From Bacteroidales bacterium (GTDB taxonomy: Bacteria > Bacteroidota > Bacteroidia > Bacteroidales > VadinHA17): DNA of 64,000 bases. Positions 18,349 to 29,208 of this stretch are shown here, in pieces. The notes beneath the pieces were generated by a model that was not told the DNA's origin, ran no database searches, and saw only the letters and a list, made by a program, of their open reading frames with translations. The stretch is from NCBI GenBank assembly GCA_049294075.1, contig JBAQCK010000058.1:12983-76982 (forward strand), given 5' to 3'. A program made the translations under genes and the position numbers. Each line of letters begins with the position of its first letter. Within the stretch, counting starts at the first letter, position 1.

Positions 18349-19191
18349 TCAACCAAAAAGAGTTATAAAAAGATAAACCAGAGGAAACGAAAAGAGGGCG
18401 CTGTCAAAGCGGTCGAGCAGGCCTCCGTGACCTGGCAGCAGGGAACCGGAATCCTTCACGCCTATGCTTCTCTTGAGCATTGACTCTGTAAGGTCGCCGT
18501 AGGTTCCGGCAACCGCAATCATCAGGGCAATAATGATCCAACCGGATGTGCCTGTTATTCCGAACCATCCAGAAAGAAGCCAGGCAACAGCAACGGCGAC
18601 CAGTATACCTCCTAAGAAGCCTTCCCACGATTTTCCGGGAGATATCCTTTCCATCAGCCTGTGTTTCCCGAAAGCTATTCCCGTAAGATAGGCTGCTGTG
18701 TCATAAGCCCACAACAGAAGCAGAAATCCGATAACCAGTCCGGGGGAGAAAACAATATCGGGATGTGGAAGTATCGACCGGAACCCGGTTCTTGAGAACG
18801 CGGCAAAAGGAAACAACGAAAAAGGGATTCCCACGTACATAATTCCGAAGAATGTGTGAGCAAGGGAATCGAAAGGTCTTTCCTGTTTCCGGTAAAGCTC
18901 GGTTACCATGATCGCCAGCGCTGGCAGAATAAGTAAAAGAAGCCACTCGAAGCCGGCAATGCCTGCTGCTGCCAGGGTGGAAATAACGTACATGGCAGCC
19001 GCGGTAATTATTCCGGCAATGGACTGGGGATTTGCCCCTGTGCTTTTAGCCATCTGGTAATACTCGTACAGTGCACCGGCAAGCAGCATGAGACCGGTAA
19101 GGAAAAATGAGACCGGATGGAGCCAGAAGCCTCCAAGTATGAAAACCACTATCCAGACGGCAGTCAGTGTCCTTGTGGAAAAGTTACTCAA
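18349..19191 (-). CDS. cdsA: phosphatidate cytidylyltransferase
   Basis: Signature [28 protein letters not shown], polytopic, 280 aa. Confidence 0.9.
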   Translation of the reverse strand: MSNFSTRTLTAVWIVVFILGGFWLHPVSFFLTGLMLLAGALYEYYQMAKSTGANPQSIAGIITAAAMYVISTLAAAGIAGFEWLLLLILPALAIMVTELYRKQERPFDSLAHTFFGIMYVGIPFSLFPFAAFSRTGFRSILPHPDIVFSPGLVIGFLLLLWAYDTAAYLTGIAFGKHRLMERISPGKSWEGFLGGILVAVAVAWLLSGWFGITGTSGWIIIALMIAVAGTYGDLTESMLKRSIGVKDSGSLLPGHGGLLDRFDSALFSFPLVYLFITLFG

Positions 19192-19241
19192 TTCTGCTGT
19201 ATTTTAACTTATTGCTTATACGCGTTATCCTTGCCTGCAGG

Positions 19242-21347
19242 CTATTGTGAAGGAGTGTTCTCATCCTCCGGCTGATCGGGTGTGACAGGATCAGGCGTGG
19301 CAGCATCATGTGCGGCAGGTTCGGGCGATGGTAACCCGACTGCATTCTCCACCGGGGCCTGGATTTTGTTGCCGGCCGCCTTTTCCCTCTGTTCCCTTGC
19401 CATATCTGCCTTGCTCCGGCCGAAGATCCTTTCAAGGTCCTCACTGAATATTACCTCTTTTTCGAGAAGAAGTTCAGCCAGTTTTGTCAATCCTTCAATA
19501 TTGTTTTTAAGTACGCTGGTAGCCCGTTCGAACGATTTGTCGATGATCTGCTTAACCTCAAGGTCGATCAGTTCCGCCGTTTTTTCACTGTATGGTTTTG
19601 TAAAGCCGTAATCGGATTGCCCCGATGAATCGTAAAAGCTTATATTCCCGATCTTCTCGCTCATCCCGAAGTAGGAGACCATCGCGTAGGCCTGTTTTGT
19701 AACCTTTTCGAGGTCGTTCACGGCTCCAGTCGATATTTTCTTGAACATCAGCAGTTCGCAGGCTCTGCCTCCAAGGGCATAGGCCATCTCATCAAGCAGT
19801 TGTTCACTGGTTGTAATCTGTCTTTCTTCAGGAAGGTACCATGCTGCCCCCAGGGCTCTTCCGCGAGGTATTATAGTGACCTTTACCAGGGGGCTTGCAT
19901 GTTCAAGAAGCCAGCTGACCGTGGCATGGCCTGCCTCGTGATAGGCGATGGTTTTCTTTTCGCCCATTGAGATGATCTTGCTTTTGCGCTCCAGACCGCC
20001 CACTATCCTGTCAATGGCATCGAGGAAGTCCTGTCTCTCAACGATGTTCTTATTTTTTCTGGCTGCTATAAGGGCAGCCTCATTGCATACGTTAGCAATA
20101 TCGGCACCCGAAAATCCCGGTGTCTGTTTAGCAAGGAACGAGACATCAAATCCCTTTTCAAGTTTAATCGGACGGAGATGCACTTTGAAGATAGCCTCCC
20201 GTTCAGTGAGTTCGGGCAGTTCCACATGGATCTGCCTGTCGAACCTTCCTGCTCTGAGCAGAGCCCTGTCGAGAATGTCGGCCCGGTTGGTGGCGGCAAG
20301 TATGATAACCCCCATATTTGTCCCGAAGCCATCCATCTCGGTAAGAAGCTGATTGAGGGTGTTTTCCCTTTCGTCGTTCGATCCGAAGTTTACATTCTTT
20401 CCTCTTGCCCTTCCGACAGCGTCAATTTCATCGATGAACACGATACAGGGAGCTTTTTCCTTGGCCTGTTTGAACAGGTCCCTCACCCTTGAGGCTCCTA
20501 CGCCTACGAACATCTCGACAAAATCGGAACCCGAGATGGAGAAGAAAGGAACATTGGCTTCACCTGCTACAGCCTTTGCGAGCAGAGTCTTTCCTGTGCC
20601 GGGAGGTCCGATCAGAAGCGCTCCCTTTGGTATTTTGCCTCCAAGAGCTGTGTATTTCTTCGGATTCTTCAGAAAATCGACGATCTCCATGACCTCCGTC
20701 TTCGCCTCCTCGAGACCAGCCACATCGCTGAAATTGATCTTAACGTTTGACTCCTTGTCAAAGATCTGGGCCTTTGATTTCCCGACGCTGAATATGCCTC
20801 CGGCACCTCCCCCGGCTCCTCCTGACATCCTCCTCATCATAAAAAGCCAGAGGAAAATAAGGAGAATGAACGGTAGTGTCCAGCCGAGAATCTCTCCAAT
20901 GTAATTATGACGTGTATCAGTCTCAGGATAAATCATTTCCTTGTCGCCGTACCCGGCATTCACCTGCTCATCCTTAAGGAAGGCCTCGAATGTGGCAAGA
21001 TCTCCAATGTTATGCGTGTAATGAGGTTTAGGCGCCCCGAATCCCATTCTCTTGTTATTGGGTTTCAGTATATCAGGATATTTTCCCGATTCCACCACCT
21101 CTTTCTTCAGGTATATCTCGGCATACTCCTTGTTTACAATTACCATTCTTTCAATCTCCCTGTTTTCGATCATCTGCTTCAGCTCCCTTGTCTGAAGTTT
21201 CGGAGTAGCCTTGCCGCCATAGAAAAGGTTTATGGCAAGGAATGATATGATAAGCACTGCAAAAATCCAGTTCGAATTGAATTTTGGCTTAAGATTCGGT
21301 TCCGGTGGTTTGACCGGGCCTTTGTTTTTATTTTCGTTTTCGGCCAT
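19242..21347 (-). CDS. ftsH: ATP-dependent zinc metalloprotease FtsH
   Basis: [13 protein letters not shown] Walker [16 protein letters not shown] zinc site, two N-terminal TM segments, Pro/Asp/Glu-rich C-terminal tail. Confidence 0.95.
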   Translation of the reverse strand: MAENENKNKGPVKPPEPNLKPKFNSNWIFAVLIISFLAINLFYGGKATPKLQTRELKQMIENREIERMVIVNKEYAEIYLKKEVVESGKYPDILKPNNKRMGFGAPKPHYTHNIGDLATFEAFLKDEQVNAGYGDKEMIYPETDTRHNYIGEILGWTLPFILLIFLWLFMMRRMSGGAGGGAGGIFSVGKSKAQIFDKESNVKINFSDVAGLEEAKTEVMEIVDFLKNPKKYTALGGKIPKGALLIGPPGTGKTLLAKAVAGEANVPFFSISGSDFVEMFVGVGASRVRDLFKQAKEKAPCIVFIDEIDAVGRARGKNVNFGSNDERENTLNQLLTEMDGFGTNMGVIILAATNRADILDRALLRAGRFDRQIHVELPELTEREAIFKVHLRPIKLEKGFDVSFLAKQTPGFSGADIANVCNEAALIAARKNKNIVERQDFLDAIDRIVGGLERKSKIISMGEKKTIAYHEAGHATVSWLLEHASPLVKVTIIPRGRALGAAWYLPEERQITTSEQLLDEMAYALGGRACELLMFKKISTGAVNDLEKVTKQAYAMVSYFGMSEKIGNISFYDSSGQSDYGFTKPYSEKTAELIDLEVKQIIDKSFERATSVLKNNIEGLTKLAELLLEKEVIFSEDLERIFGRSKADMAREQREKAAGNKIQAPVENAVGLPSPEPAAHDAATPDPVTPDQPEDENTPSQ

Positions 21348-21358
21348 AAATGATAGTC

Positions 21359-21736
21359 TTAACTTAAGTTATCCCTGACAGCTTCCATGGAAGCATCGGC
21401 CCACAATGATTCGAGGTTGTAGAAATGCCTGTACTCTTCCTGGAATATATGAACAACAACATTCCCATAATCAAGCAGGACCCAGAAACAATTCTCGAGG
21501 CCCTCGACATGTGATGGTTTTTCCTTTGCATCGCGTATTACGGTGTCTTCGACGGAATCGCATATAGCATCGACCTGGCTTACCGATGAACCATGGCAAA
21601 TGATGTAATAATCGGATATACGGTTATCGAGTTTTCTCAGGTCAATTTTAAGAACATCCTGTCCTTTTTTTTCAAAAATGCCCTTAATTATGCACGTCAG
21701 GAGCAATTCCGTCTCATCCTGTCTTTTCTTCATCAA
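21359..21736 (-). CDS. rsfS: ribosome silencing factor RsfS
   Basis: 125 aa with the pattern DYYIICHGSS..QVDAI and WVLLDYGNVVVHIF..E.R.FY.LE.LW. Confidence 0.85.
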   Translation of the reverse strand: MMKKRQDETELLLTCIIKGIFEKKGQDVLKIDLRKLDNRISDYYIICHGSSVSQVDAICDSVEDTVIRDAKEKPSHVEGLENCFWVLLDYGNVVVHIFQEEYRHFYNLESLWADASMEAVRDNLS

Positions 21737-21750
21737 AGAGATCTGTTAAA

Positions 21751-21758
21751 CATCAAGT
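21751..21758 (-). promoter_or_regulatory. candidate -7 box (TACTTTTG) for rsfS-ftsH
   Basis: The reverse complement matches TAnnTTTG, 15-22 nt upstream of the rsfS ATG. This implies a very short leader. Confidence 0.25.
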
Positions 21759-21782
21759 TGCAAAAGTACAAACTTTTATCTG

Positions 21783-21790
21783 TATTTTTG
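21783..21790 (+). promoter_or_regulatory. candidate -7 box (TATTTTTG) for birA
   Basis: Matches TAnnTTTG about 97 nt upstream of the preferred birA start. Confidence 0.25.
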
Positions 21791-21886
21791 TCGTCTTCAT
21801 TCCATAATGTGCAATAACAGTGCCACCGCCGGTTTGCCCGCAACTAACGGCAAATATGGCAGGAGGTGTGGAAAACCGGACATAAA

Positions 21887-22627
21887 ATGATCATTGGATC
21901 CGAAATAATCTTCCTGAAGACCGCGGTATCAACAAATACAACTGCCTCGGAATACTTAAAGTCCGGCAAGGTCCGGGAGGGTCTGGTAATCCGGGCAGCT
22001 TACCAGTCGGCAGGAAAAGGACAAAAGGGCAACCGTTGGGAAAGCGAAGACAATAAAAACCTGTTATTCAGCATTACACTGTTCCCAACTATGGTAACTC
22101 CGGAAGATCAGTTTATAATTTCAAGGTTCATTTCGCTTGGCATCAGCGATTTTCTGAATACAATCATTTCAGGCTGCAGAATAAAATGGCCAAATGATAT
22201 TTATGCAGGAAATGACAAAATTGCAGGTATCCTGATTGAAAACTCGATCACCGGAAACACCCTGACCAGCTCTGTGGCCGGAATAGGGCTCAACATCAAC
22301 CAGGAGGTCTTCCCGGACCGGATACCCAATCCGGTTTCGCTGAAGGTAATCACAGGCAGGGATCATGACATTGCCGGATGCCTTGAAGGACTTCTTAAGT
22401 GCCTCGACAAACGCTACAAAATGGTAATCACAGGTGAGCTTGATCAGATCAGAAATGACTATACCGAATCACTTTTCCGACTCAATGAGTGGCATGAATT
22501 CAAATCGGGAGAGGGAATCTTCAATGGCAGGATCCTGTCAGTGGGCGACGCGGGGTTACTAATGGTGGAAAACAGGGCAGGACGGACAAGGGAATTCGCC
22601 TTCAGGGAAATCGAGTTCATTCTTTAG
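21887..22627 (+). CDS. birA: biotin--[acetyl-CoA-carboxylase] ligase (no N-terminal HTH)
   Basis: QSAGKGQKGNRWES (GRGRxGRxW-type motif), KWPNDIY, KIAGILIE. Start set at MIIGSEI (21887); the ORF maximum is 21866. Confidence 0.85.
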   Translation: MIIGSEIIFLKTAVSTNTTASEYLKSGKVREGLVIRAAYQSAGKGQKGNRWESEDNKNLLFSITLFPTMVTPEDQFIISRFISLGISDFLNTIISGCRIKWPNDIYAGNDKIAGILIENSITGNTLTSSVAGIGLNINQEVFPDRIPNPVSLKVITGRDHDIAGCLEGLLKCLDKRYKMVITGELDQIRNDYTESLFRLNEWHEFKSGEGIFNGRILSVGDAGLLMVENRAGRTREFAFREIEFIL

Positions 22628-22658
22628 CAAAACCGCACCTGAAGTCTGGTATCAACAA

Positions 22659-23084
22659 CTATTGCTTCTGTTGCCAGCCTCTGAACTTTTCCATCTCACT
22701 TACAAGCTTCTCAAGGAAATCAGAAATCGGTCCGGAAGCCATCATGCTGAGTATGGGATTAAGGTTTACGGCCAGTTTCACCAGCGCCTCAGCCTTCCCG
22801 TCGCTGTTACCGTTTATATCGAGCACAAGCGAGAAATCGTTCGACTGCAGGGCAGTACCGCTGTAAACAACCTGGTTCACCGGTTCCTTCCCGGAAAGGC
22901 TGATGCTCACGGTTCCCATGGCCGGTACACGAAAGCTGCAGGTATCTGCCTCGATAACGAGGTCCTCAACTACATTATCCGGGACAAACTGCCGGAGATT
23001 CCGGATATCGGTAACAAAGTCGAATATCTCGGAAGGCGTGCAGGAAAGGCTGCCTTTACGGCTTTCAAAGCTGGATAGTGCCAT
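22659..23084 (-). CDS. SRPBCC-like small protein (hypothetical)
   Basis: 141 aa. Only a weak resemblance to START/SRPBCC lipid-binding folds (SCTPSEIFDFVTDIRNLRQFVP). Sits in a coding-dense position downstream of pyrE. Confidence 0.4.
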   Translation of the reverse strand: MALSSFESRKGSLSCTPSEIFDFVTDIRNLRQFVPDNVVEDLVIEADTCSFRVPAMGTVSISLSGKEPVNQVVYSGTALQSNDFSLVLDINGNSDGKAEALVKLAVNLNPILSMMASGPISDFLEKLVSEMEKFRGWQQKQ

Positions 23085-23086
23085 AA

Positions 23087-23722
23087 CTATTTAATACCCC
23101 ATCCTGACGGATCGAGCCTCCACCTTTTCAGTGTTTCAACATCATCATTTGTGATATATCCGGTATCAACCGCGGTTGAGATGAGAGCCGAATAGTTGCT
23201 CAGGGTGTGAAGTTCGCATCCGGCTGACTTAAACCCATCGGCTGACTTTGAGAATTCGTACGTAAAGATTGCAGCCATTCCGAGTACATCGCAACCGGCT
23301 TCGCGCAGAACCCTGACGGCTCCCAGACTGCTTCCCCCCGTTGAGATGAGATCCTCGATCACGACCACTTTCTGTCCCTTTTCATAATAACCTTCTATCT
23401 GGTTTCCAAGGCCGTGTTCCTTTGCCTCCGACCTCACATAGATGAACGGTAATCCAAGCTTTTCAGCCACCAGCACTCCGTGGGCTATTGCTCCCGTGGC
23501 CACTCCGGCGACAAGCTCTGCTCCCGGATAATACTCTGAGACAACACCGGCAAATGAATCTCTGATATAGGATCTGACTTCGGGGAAAGAGAGAGTTTTC
23601 CGGTTATCGCAATAAATTGGCGACTTCCATCCCGAAGCCCATGTAAAAGGATTTGACGGTTGCAATTTTATTGCTTTAATTTGTAACAGATATTCGGCGA
23701 TCTTTTTTGCACTGTTATCCAT
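23087..23722 (-). CDS. pyrE: orotate phosphoribosyltransferase
   Basis: FTWASGWKSPIYCDNR and VVVIEDLISTGGSS (PRPP-binding). Start preferred at MDNSAKKIAEYLL (23722); the ORF maximum is 23743. Confidence 0.9.
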   Translation of the reverse strand: MDNSAKKIAEYLLQIKAIKLQPSNPFTWASGWKSPIYCDNRKTLSFPEVRSYIRDSFAGVVSEYYPGAELVAGVATGAIAHGVLVAEKLGLPFIYVRSEAKEHGLGNQIEGYYEKGQKVVVIEDLISTGGSSLGAVRVLREAGCDVLGMAAIFTYEFSKSADGFKSAGCELHTLSNYSALISTAVDTGYITNDDVETLKRWRLDPSGWGIK

Positions 23723-23725
23723 AAG

Positions 23726-24340
23726 GTGATGTATAAAGTTCATTTTGAGAACCGGTTCATAATGATCAGCCCCGAGCCTGACCGGCTACAAAAATACTCG
23801 TTATTCCATAAGTTTTATGCAACGAAGGAACTTTATAAACTGATTGCCGGATTCCAGGCCGACACCTCACTTGAGTCGGTCAATGTTTACGGTACCAACA
23901 TAACCCATATCTGGAAGATTTTCAGGATCTACTTCACCGAGGTCGGAGCCGCAGGCGGGCTTGTAAGGCACACTTCAGGAAAATATCTTTTCATCGAGAA
24001 GAAAGGGAAGCTCGATTTGCCCAAAGGTCATCTTGAACCCGGGGAGGAACCTGAAACCTGTGCATTGAGGGAAGTAAGTGAAGAATGCGGCATTACCGGT
24101 CACCGGATAGTGAAGCCGCTCGAACCAAGCTACCATACTTACAGCTGGGAAGGCATCTCATATCTTAAAAAGACAAGCTGGTTCCTGATGGACTATGACG
24201 GGAATATGGTAATGGAGCCCCAGATTGAAGAAGGAATTACAAAAGTGGAATGGCTCTCGCCTGATGAGCTGAGCCTTATCAAGTCGACCGCGTGGCTTTC
24301 GCTGATGGATCTTATAAATACCTCAATACTTAGATTCTGA
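23726..24340 (+). CDS. NUDIX hydrolase
   Basis: Nudix box GHLEPGEEPETCALREVSEECGI. 204 aa. Confidence 0.85.
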   Translation: MMYKVHFENRFIMISPEPDRLQKYSLFHKFYATKELYKLIAGFQADTSLESVNVYGTNITHIWKIFRIYFTEVGAAGGLVRHTSGKYLFIEKKGKLDLPKGHLEPGEEPETCALREVSEECGITGHRIVKPLEPSYHTYSWEGISYLKKTSWFLMDYDGNMVMEPQIEEGITKVEWLSPDELSLIKSTAWLSLMDLINTSILRF

Positions 24341-24394
24341 ATACCCCCTTCCCTGTTGTTTCAAGGATTCCGCGGGCAGGAGTTCCGGAGAAAA

Positions 24395-24877
24395 TCACAG
24401 GTCCCCGCCCTTGTAATCATGAATGTTCAGGGCTGCCGGGACAAAGATCGAAGCATCGCCCCCGCTTCTGATAATATCGCGCACAATTGTTGAGTTAACC
24501 GAAGCATGTTCCGGTACAGTAAGAAGGAATACCGTTTCAACGTCGGGCATGATGGTCCTGTTTACCTGGGCTATTGCCCTCTCAAACTCAAAGTCGGCAG
24601 CAGTTCTCAATCCCCTGAGCAGATACTGAGCTCCCCGTTTCCTGCAGTAATCGACGGTGAGACCTTCGTAATGGTCGACCGTGATCCTGGGTTCATCCCG
24701 GAAGACCGTTGATATCATTTCCTTCCTCGTCTCCAGTGAGTAATAGCTTTTTTTCAGGGCATTGGCTCCCACAGCAACTATTATTTCATCGAATAGGACC
24801 AGTGCCCTTCTCACTATCCCCTCGTGTCCGATGGTTAAAGGATCGAAAGAGCCCGGAAAAACGGCGATTCTTTTCAT
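24395..24877 (-). CDS. coaD: phosphopantetheine adenylyltransferase
   Basis: AVFPGSFDPLTIGHEGIV (HxGH) and SSTIVRDI-type C-terminal motif (NSTIVRDII). Overlaps the lon stop by 4 nt. Confidence 0.92.
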   Translation of the reverse strand: MKRIAVFPGSFDPLTIGHEGIVRRALVLFDEIIVAVGANALKKSYYSLETRKEMISTVFRDEPRITVDHYEGLTVDYCRKRGAQYLLRGLRTAADFEFERAIAQVNRTIMPDVETVFLLTVPEHASVNSTIVRDIIRSGGDASIFVPAALNIHDYKGGDL

Positions 24878-27336
24878 TCAAACGTGATTTTCTTTGGGTT
24901 TTTTACTTTCTGCCGGAGAAGGGAGAGGTCGAGCGCCTGCATGATGGTTTCGACATAATGGAATTTAAGTCCTTCAATATAAATGGGCTTAATATCCTCA
25001 ACGTCCTTCCTGTTCTCTTCCGACAGTATTATATCCTTTATGCTTGACCGCTTAGCCGCCAGTATTTTCTCCTTTATCCCTCCCACCGGGAGCACCTTGC
25101 CGCGAAGTGTTATCTCGCCTGTCATTGCCAGGTATTTCTTCACCTTTCGCTGGGTGAATGCGGAAGCAATCGATGCTGCCATTGTTATGCCGGCCGAAGG
25201 TCCGTCCTTTGGAATTGCTCCTTCAGGCACATGTATATGGATGTTCCACTTCTCCGAAAAATTATCGGGCAGATCAAGCAGTTCGGCATTCGATTTCAGG
25301 TATTCGAGGGCTATAACGGCCGATTCCTTCATCACCTCGCCCAGGTTACCCGTAAGGGTCAGTTTGCCCGTTCCCCTGCTGAGGCTTGTCTCGACAAACA
25401 ATATCTCACCTCCCGAGGCAGTCCAGGCCAGGCCTGTCACAACTCCGGCCTGATCATTTCCGGCATAGAGGTCGCGGATGAATCTTGGAGGTCCGAGGAT
25501 CTTGGTGACCATTTCCTCTGACATCTCAGGATTGTAACTGCTTTCGGATGCTATGTTTTTGGCTGTCACCCTTACAATTTTGGCGAGTTTTTTATCGAGT
25601 TCCCTGACTCCCGACTCACGGGTATATTTATCGATAATAGTCTCCATCACCTTGTTTCCGATAACCAGCTGATCGGGCCTGACCCCATGGTTCTCGAGCT
25701 GTTTGGGAAGCAGGTGCTGCCTGGCAATCTCAAGTTTCTCCTCCACCAGGTAGCCGGTAATCTCAATAAGTTCCATCCTGTCCCTAAGTGCAGGACTGAC
25801 TGTTGAAAGGGTATTGGCGGTTGCTATGAAGAGTACTTTCGAGAGGTCGTACTCAAGTTCAATGAAATTATCGAAGAAGGTGCTGTTCTGTTCAGGATCA
25901 AGAACTTCAAGCAGCGCGGATGAAGGGTCTCCCCTGTAGTCCTGTCCCACCTTGTCGACCTCGTCGAGTATGAAAACAGGATTGGATGATCCGGCTCGTT
26001 TCAGGTTCTGGATTATCCTTCCCGGCATTGCCCCAATGTAAGTTTTCCTGTGACCGCGAATTTCAGCCTCATCATGAAGTCCTCCAAGTGACATTCTGAC
26101 ATATTTTCTGTCCAGCGCTTTTGCCACCGACTTACTGAGGGATGTTTTTCCAACTCCGGGAGGGCCGTACAGGCACAATATGGGAGACTTAAGGTCGCCC
26201 TTAAGCTTGAGGACAGCAAGGTGTTCAAGTATTCTTTCTTTTACCTCGTCGAGACCGAAATGATCATTGTCGAGTACTCTTCTTGCATTGTTAAGATCCA
26301 GATTGTCCACGGTACAGGATCCCCAGGGCAGGTCGAGCAAAGTCTGAACGTAGTTTACCTGAACGGAATACTCGGCTGCCGCAGGATTGAGGCGGCTTAG
26401 TTTTCCCAGTTCATTTTCGAAAGTCTTCCCGACCTCTTCAGGCCAGACCTTGAGCAGCGCTCTTTTCCTGAACTCCTCTATTTCCTTTTCAACAGGATTG
26501 CCTCCGAGTTCATTCTGTATGGTCTTCATCTGCTGATGAAGAAGAAATTCCCTCTGCTGCTGATCGAGATCGCTTTTCACTTTAGACTGCAGCTCGTTCT
26601 TAAGTTCGAGCACCTGAATCTCCTGAACCAGAAACTCAAGAAGGGTGAATCCCCTGTCTCTCAAACTGTTTATTTCGAGAAGCCTCTGCTTGTCCTGGAC
26701 CTTGATATCAGTATTCGAACAGATGAAATTGATAAGGTAGGTGTTGTTCTCGATATTCTTGATTGCAAATGAAGCTTCGGGGCTTATATTGGGATTTATC
26801 TTGATTATTTTCAGCGACAGGTCGCGGAGTGAACCGACAATTGCGTCAAAATCCTTGCTGGGAATTTCCGGTTTCACTTCCGGGATTGTCCTTACCCTGG
26901 CTATGAAGTATGGTGTGTCGGTGATCAGCTCATTGAGCACCATTCTCCTGCGGCCCTGTATTATGGCAGTGGTTGAGCCGTCGGGCATTTCAAGGAGCTT
27001 GACAATCTGTCCAATTGTTCCGACATTATGAAGCTCATCGAATAAGGGATTTTCTGTATCAGGATCTTTCTGGGCGACTGTACCCACGATCTTGTCGGTT
27101 CGATAGGCTTCCTTTATCAGCTGTACGGACCTGGGTCTTCCGATGGAGATGGGAAGGACCACGCCAGGGAAAAGAACAGTATTACGGAGCGACAGGATGG
27201 GAATTGAATCAGGGACATCTATATCTTCCAGGTCTCCGTCCTCTCCGTCAGCTATAATCGGGACAATGTCACCCTCGCCGTCAAGAATTTCGGGAAGCAG
27301 CAGTTCGCGGACAGGTTTTCTGAATTTTTTTTCCAT
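24874..27336 (-). CDS. lon: ATP-dependent Lon protease (endopeptidase La)
   Basis: N-terminal LON domain, GPPGVGKTSL Walker A, DGPSAGITMA catalytic Ser. 820 aa. Confidence 0.95.
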   Translation of the reverse strand: MEKKFRKPVRELLLPEILDGEGDIVPIIADGEDGDLEDIDVPDSIPILSLRNTVLFPGVVLPISIGRPRSVQLIKEAYRTDKIVGTVAQKDPDTENPLFDELHNVGTIGQIVKLLEMPDGSTTAIIQGRRRMVLNELITDTPYFIARVRTIPEVKPEIPSKDFDAIVGSLRDLSLKIIKINPNISPEASFAIKNIENNTYLINFICSNTDIKVQDKQRLLEINSLRDRGFTLLEFLVQEIQVLELKNELQSKVKSDLDQQQREFLLHQQMKTIQNELGGNPVEKEIEEFRKRALLKVWPEEVGKTFENELGKLSRLNPAAAEYSVQVNYVQTLLDLPWGSCTVDNLDLNNARRVLDNDHFGLDEVKERILEHLAVLKLKGDLKSPILCLYGPPGVGKTSLSKSVAKALDRKYVRMSLGGLHDEAEIRGHRKTYIGAMPGRIIQNLKRAGSSNPVFILDEVDKVGQDYRGDPSSALLEVLDPEQNSTFFDNFIELEYDLSKVLFIATANTLSTVSPALRDRMELIEITGYLVEEKLEIARQHLLPKQLENHGVRPDQLVIGNKVMETIIDKYTRESGVRELDKKLAKIVRVTAKNIASESSYNPEMSEEMVTKILGPPRFIRDLYAGNDQAGVVTGLAWTASGGEILFVETSLSRGTGKLTLTGNLGEVMKESAVIALEYLKSNAELLDLPDNFSEKWNIHIHVPEGAIPKDGPSAGITMAASIASAFTQRKVKKYLAMTGEITLRGKVLPVGGIKEKILAAKRSSIKDIILSEENRKDVEDIKPIYIEGLKFHYVETIMQALDLSLLRQKVKNPKKITFE

Positions 27337-27440
27337 CAGTCAAATGAGTGCTGTCAAATTTACATATAATTTTTAACTGTGATTCCGCCCCGGTATTGCA
27401 ATCATTATGCCAGAAAAAATGGCGGAGCTTCACCGGGGAG

Positions 27441-27472
27441 AAAAAAAAATCCCGGTCGTTGCAGCCCGGGAT
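27441..27472 (-). terminator. rho-independent terminator after rpmE2
   Basis: On the minus strand: ATCCCGG - 10-nt loop - CCGGGAT, followed by T9. It starts 19 nt after the L31 stop. Confidence 0.7.
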
Positions 27473-27490
27473 CATTTTAATATTATGTTA

Positions 27491-27754
27491 TTATCTCTTT
27501 TTCCCCACATGATCCTTGTAACGGTTCATGAATTTGTCGACCCTTCCCGCGGTGTCAACAAGCTTCATTTTACCTGTGTAAAACGGATGTGAAGTATTGG
27601 AGATTTCAAGCTTGATAAGCGGATATTCATTCCCGTCTTCCCATTTCACTGTTTCTTTTGACGCGGCGGTTGACCTGGTAATGAATGAGTGTCCGTTTGA
27701 CATGTCCTGAAAAACCACCAGTCTGTAATTCTTCGGATGTATACCCTGTTTCAT
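27491..27754 (-). CDS. rpmE2: 50S ribosomal protein L31, type B
   Basis: [10 protein letters not shown]..., 87 aa, lacks the CxxC zinc motif, HPFYTGK present. Confidence 0.92.
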   Translation of the reverse strand: MKQGIHPKNYRLVVFQDMSNGHSFITRSTAASKETVKWEDGNEYPLIKLEISNTSHPFYTGKMKLVDTAGRVDKFMNRYKDHVGKKR

Positions 27755-27806
27755 TGCTCTGATGTTTTATTCCTTTACGTTAAAAATATCCCATTATTAG
27801 GGTTCG

Positions 27807-27837
27807 CAAAATTAATGAAGTTTATCAGAAAAACAAA
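27807..27837 (-). promoter_or_regulatory. Bacteroidota-type promoter for rpmE2 (-33 TTTG, 19-nt spacer, -7 TAATTTTG)
   Basis: The reverse complement reads TTTG-N19-TAATTTTG. The -7 box lies about 53 nt upstream of the ATG. Confidence 0.5.
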
Positions 27838-27853
27838 GCAGAATAAAAAATTA

Positions 27854-29077
27854 TTATTCATTGTTTCCGGAAGCTGTTCCCTGTCGGCCGTACAGCACCA
27901 TTTCGTCCTTGTACCTCACGAATTCTGCATTTCTGTCAATCATATACCGGAAAGTAACATGGGTTTTTGCTCTCCGTCCGCCCAGCGCTTCATAGATGGC
28001 GATCATTTTGGGATTAAAATCGCCAACCCACGACAGTTCCAGTTCCCTGTACCATGGTTTGAACTTGAGCTTCTCATACAGGTGAAGAAAGATTGCAGAT
28101 TCGACTCCGTTGTTCTGGTATGAAGGATGAACACCGCCTACCAATCCCCTTATCCTTGTCATCCTGTGATTTGCTTTTGCCCAGACGAATCTCAGCTTGT
28201 TCCGGAAGTTTAGTTTGCCTTTAAAGGGTTTGATAATCTGATTCAGGTCGGGGAAGAGAATGAAGAATGCAATTGGTTTTTCGTTGTGATAGGCGAACCA
28301 GATCAGTTCCTGGTCGATAATGTGTCTGGCCTTGCGGAAGGTGGCTTCAAGGACCTCAGTTCCGACCGGGGTGAAATCCTCCTTGAAAACGGCCCAGGCT
28401 GAATTGTATATTTCAACGAAATCCTCATAGAATTTTTGCCTGTTTGCCATTTCGAAATGCCTGAAAGCATATCCGGGCCTTTTTGACAGCCAGTCGGCAA
28501 TTTTCAGGATCCTTGGAGGAAACTCCACTATTTTACCGTCAGCTCCGTGAACATCCCTGTGATAGGAATACTGTTCATAATAATTCCTGAATCCGTAAGC
28601 CTCGAAGAAGTCGCGGTAATATTTCTTATTATAGGGCATCCCGTAACTCTGCTGCACGAAACCGTCGACAAGCAGACCCCAGTTACTGTCGTTCTCTCCG
28701 AAGTTAACCGGGCCGTCAATTGCCTCCATTCCCTTGGATTTCAGCCAGTTTATGCCAGTATCAAAGAGCATAAAGGCAGCATCTCTGTCTTCAGTGACTT
28801 CAAAAAATCCGATCCCGCCTGTCTTCTGTCTGTAAACTATTGATCGCTGGGTGTCGTAAAAGGCAGCTACTCTGCCAATGGTGTTCCCCCTGTCATCCTT
28901 TAGTATCCACCGGATGGCCTCACCCCTGCTGAAGACCCTGTTGAGGGAAGGGTCAAAGATGGCTTCCAGTTCCGAATCAAGCATACATACCCAATTGGGA
29001 TCATCCTTGTAAAGGACCCCTGGCAGGTTGAGGAACTCTTTCCTGTCCCCGGCGGTTTTTACTTCTTTAATCTGCAT
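27854..29077 (-). CDS. uncharacterised protein, probably GNAT-fold acyltransferase-like
   Basis: 407-aa soluble ORF with strong coding character (MQIKEVKT..DRKEFLNLPGVLYKDDPNWV). Assignment is by recollection of a conserved family annotated as N-acetyltransferase. No catalytic motif verified. Confidence 0.4.
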   Translation of the reverse strand: MQIKEVKTAGDRKEFLNLPGVLYKDDPNWVCMLDSELEAIFDPSLNRVFSRGEAIRWILKDDRGNTIGRVAAFYDTQRSIVYRQKTGGIGFFEVTEDRDAAFMLFDTGINWLKSKGMEAIDGPVNFGENDSNWGLLVDGFVQQSYGMPYNKKYYRDFFEAYGFRNYYEQYSYHRDVHGADGKIVEFPPRILKIADWLSKRPGYAFRHFEMANRQKFYEDFVEIYNSAWAVFKEDFTPVGTEVLEATFRKARHIIDQELIWFAYHNEKPIAFFILFPDLNQIIKPFKGKLNFRNKLRFVWAKANHRMTRIRGLVGGVHPSYQNNGVESAIFLHLYEKLKFKPWYRELELSWVGDFNPKMIAIYEALGGRRAKTHVTFRYMIDRNAEFVRYKDEMVLYGRQGTASGNNE

Positions 29078-29208
29078 TACGGTCAGGCTTAGTGAGGCAA
29101 ATATAATCAGAATTTCGTATTCCAGAAACCGGCAGGTAATCAGAGCTGTCCGGGATGCCGGGTTGAAGGTTCAGTTTCCGCTCGTGATGCTGCAGATACC
29201 AGTTGTTT

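Noticed and set aside
20353-20904. 183-aa plus-strand ORF (and neighbours) opposite ftsH
   Set aside because: Antisense to ftsH, Ser/Pro-rich and without motifs.
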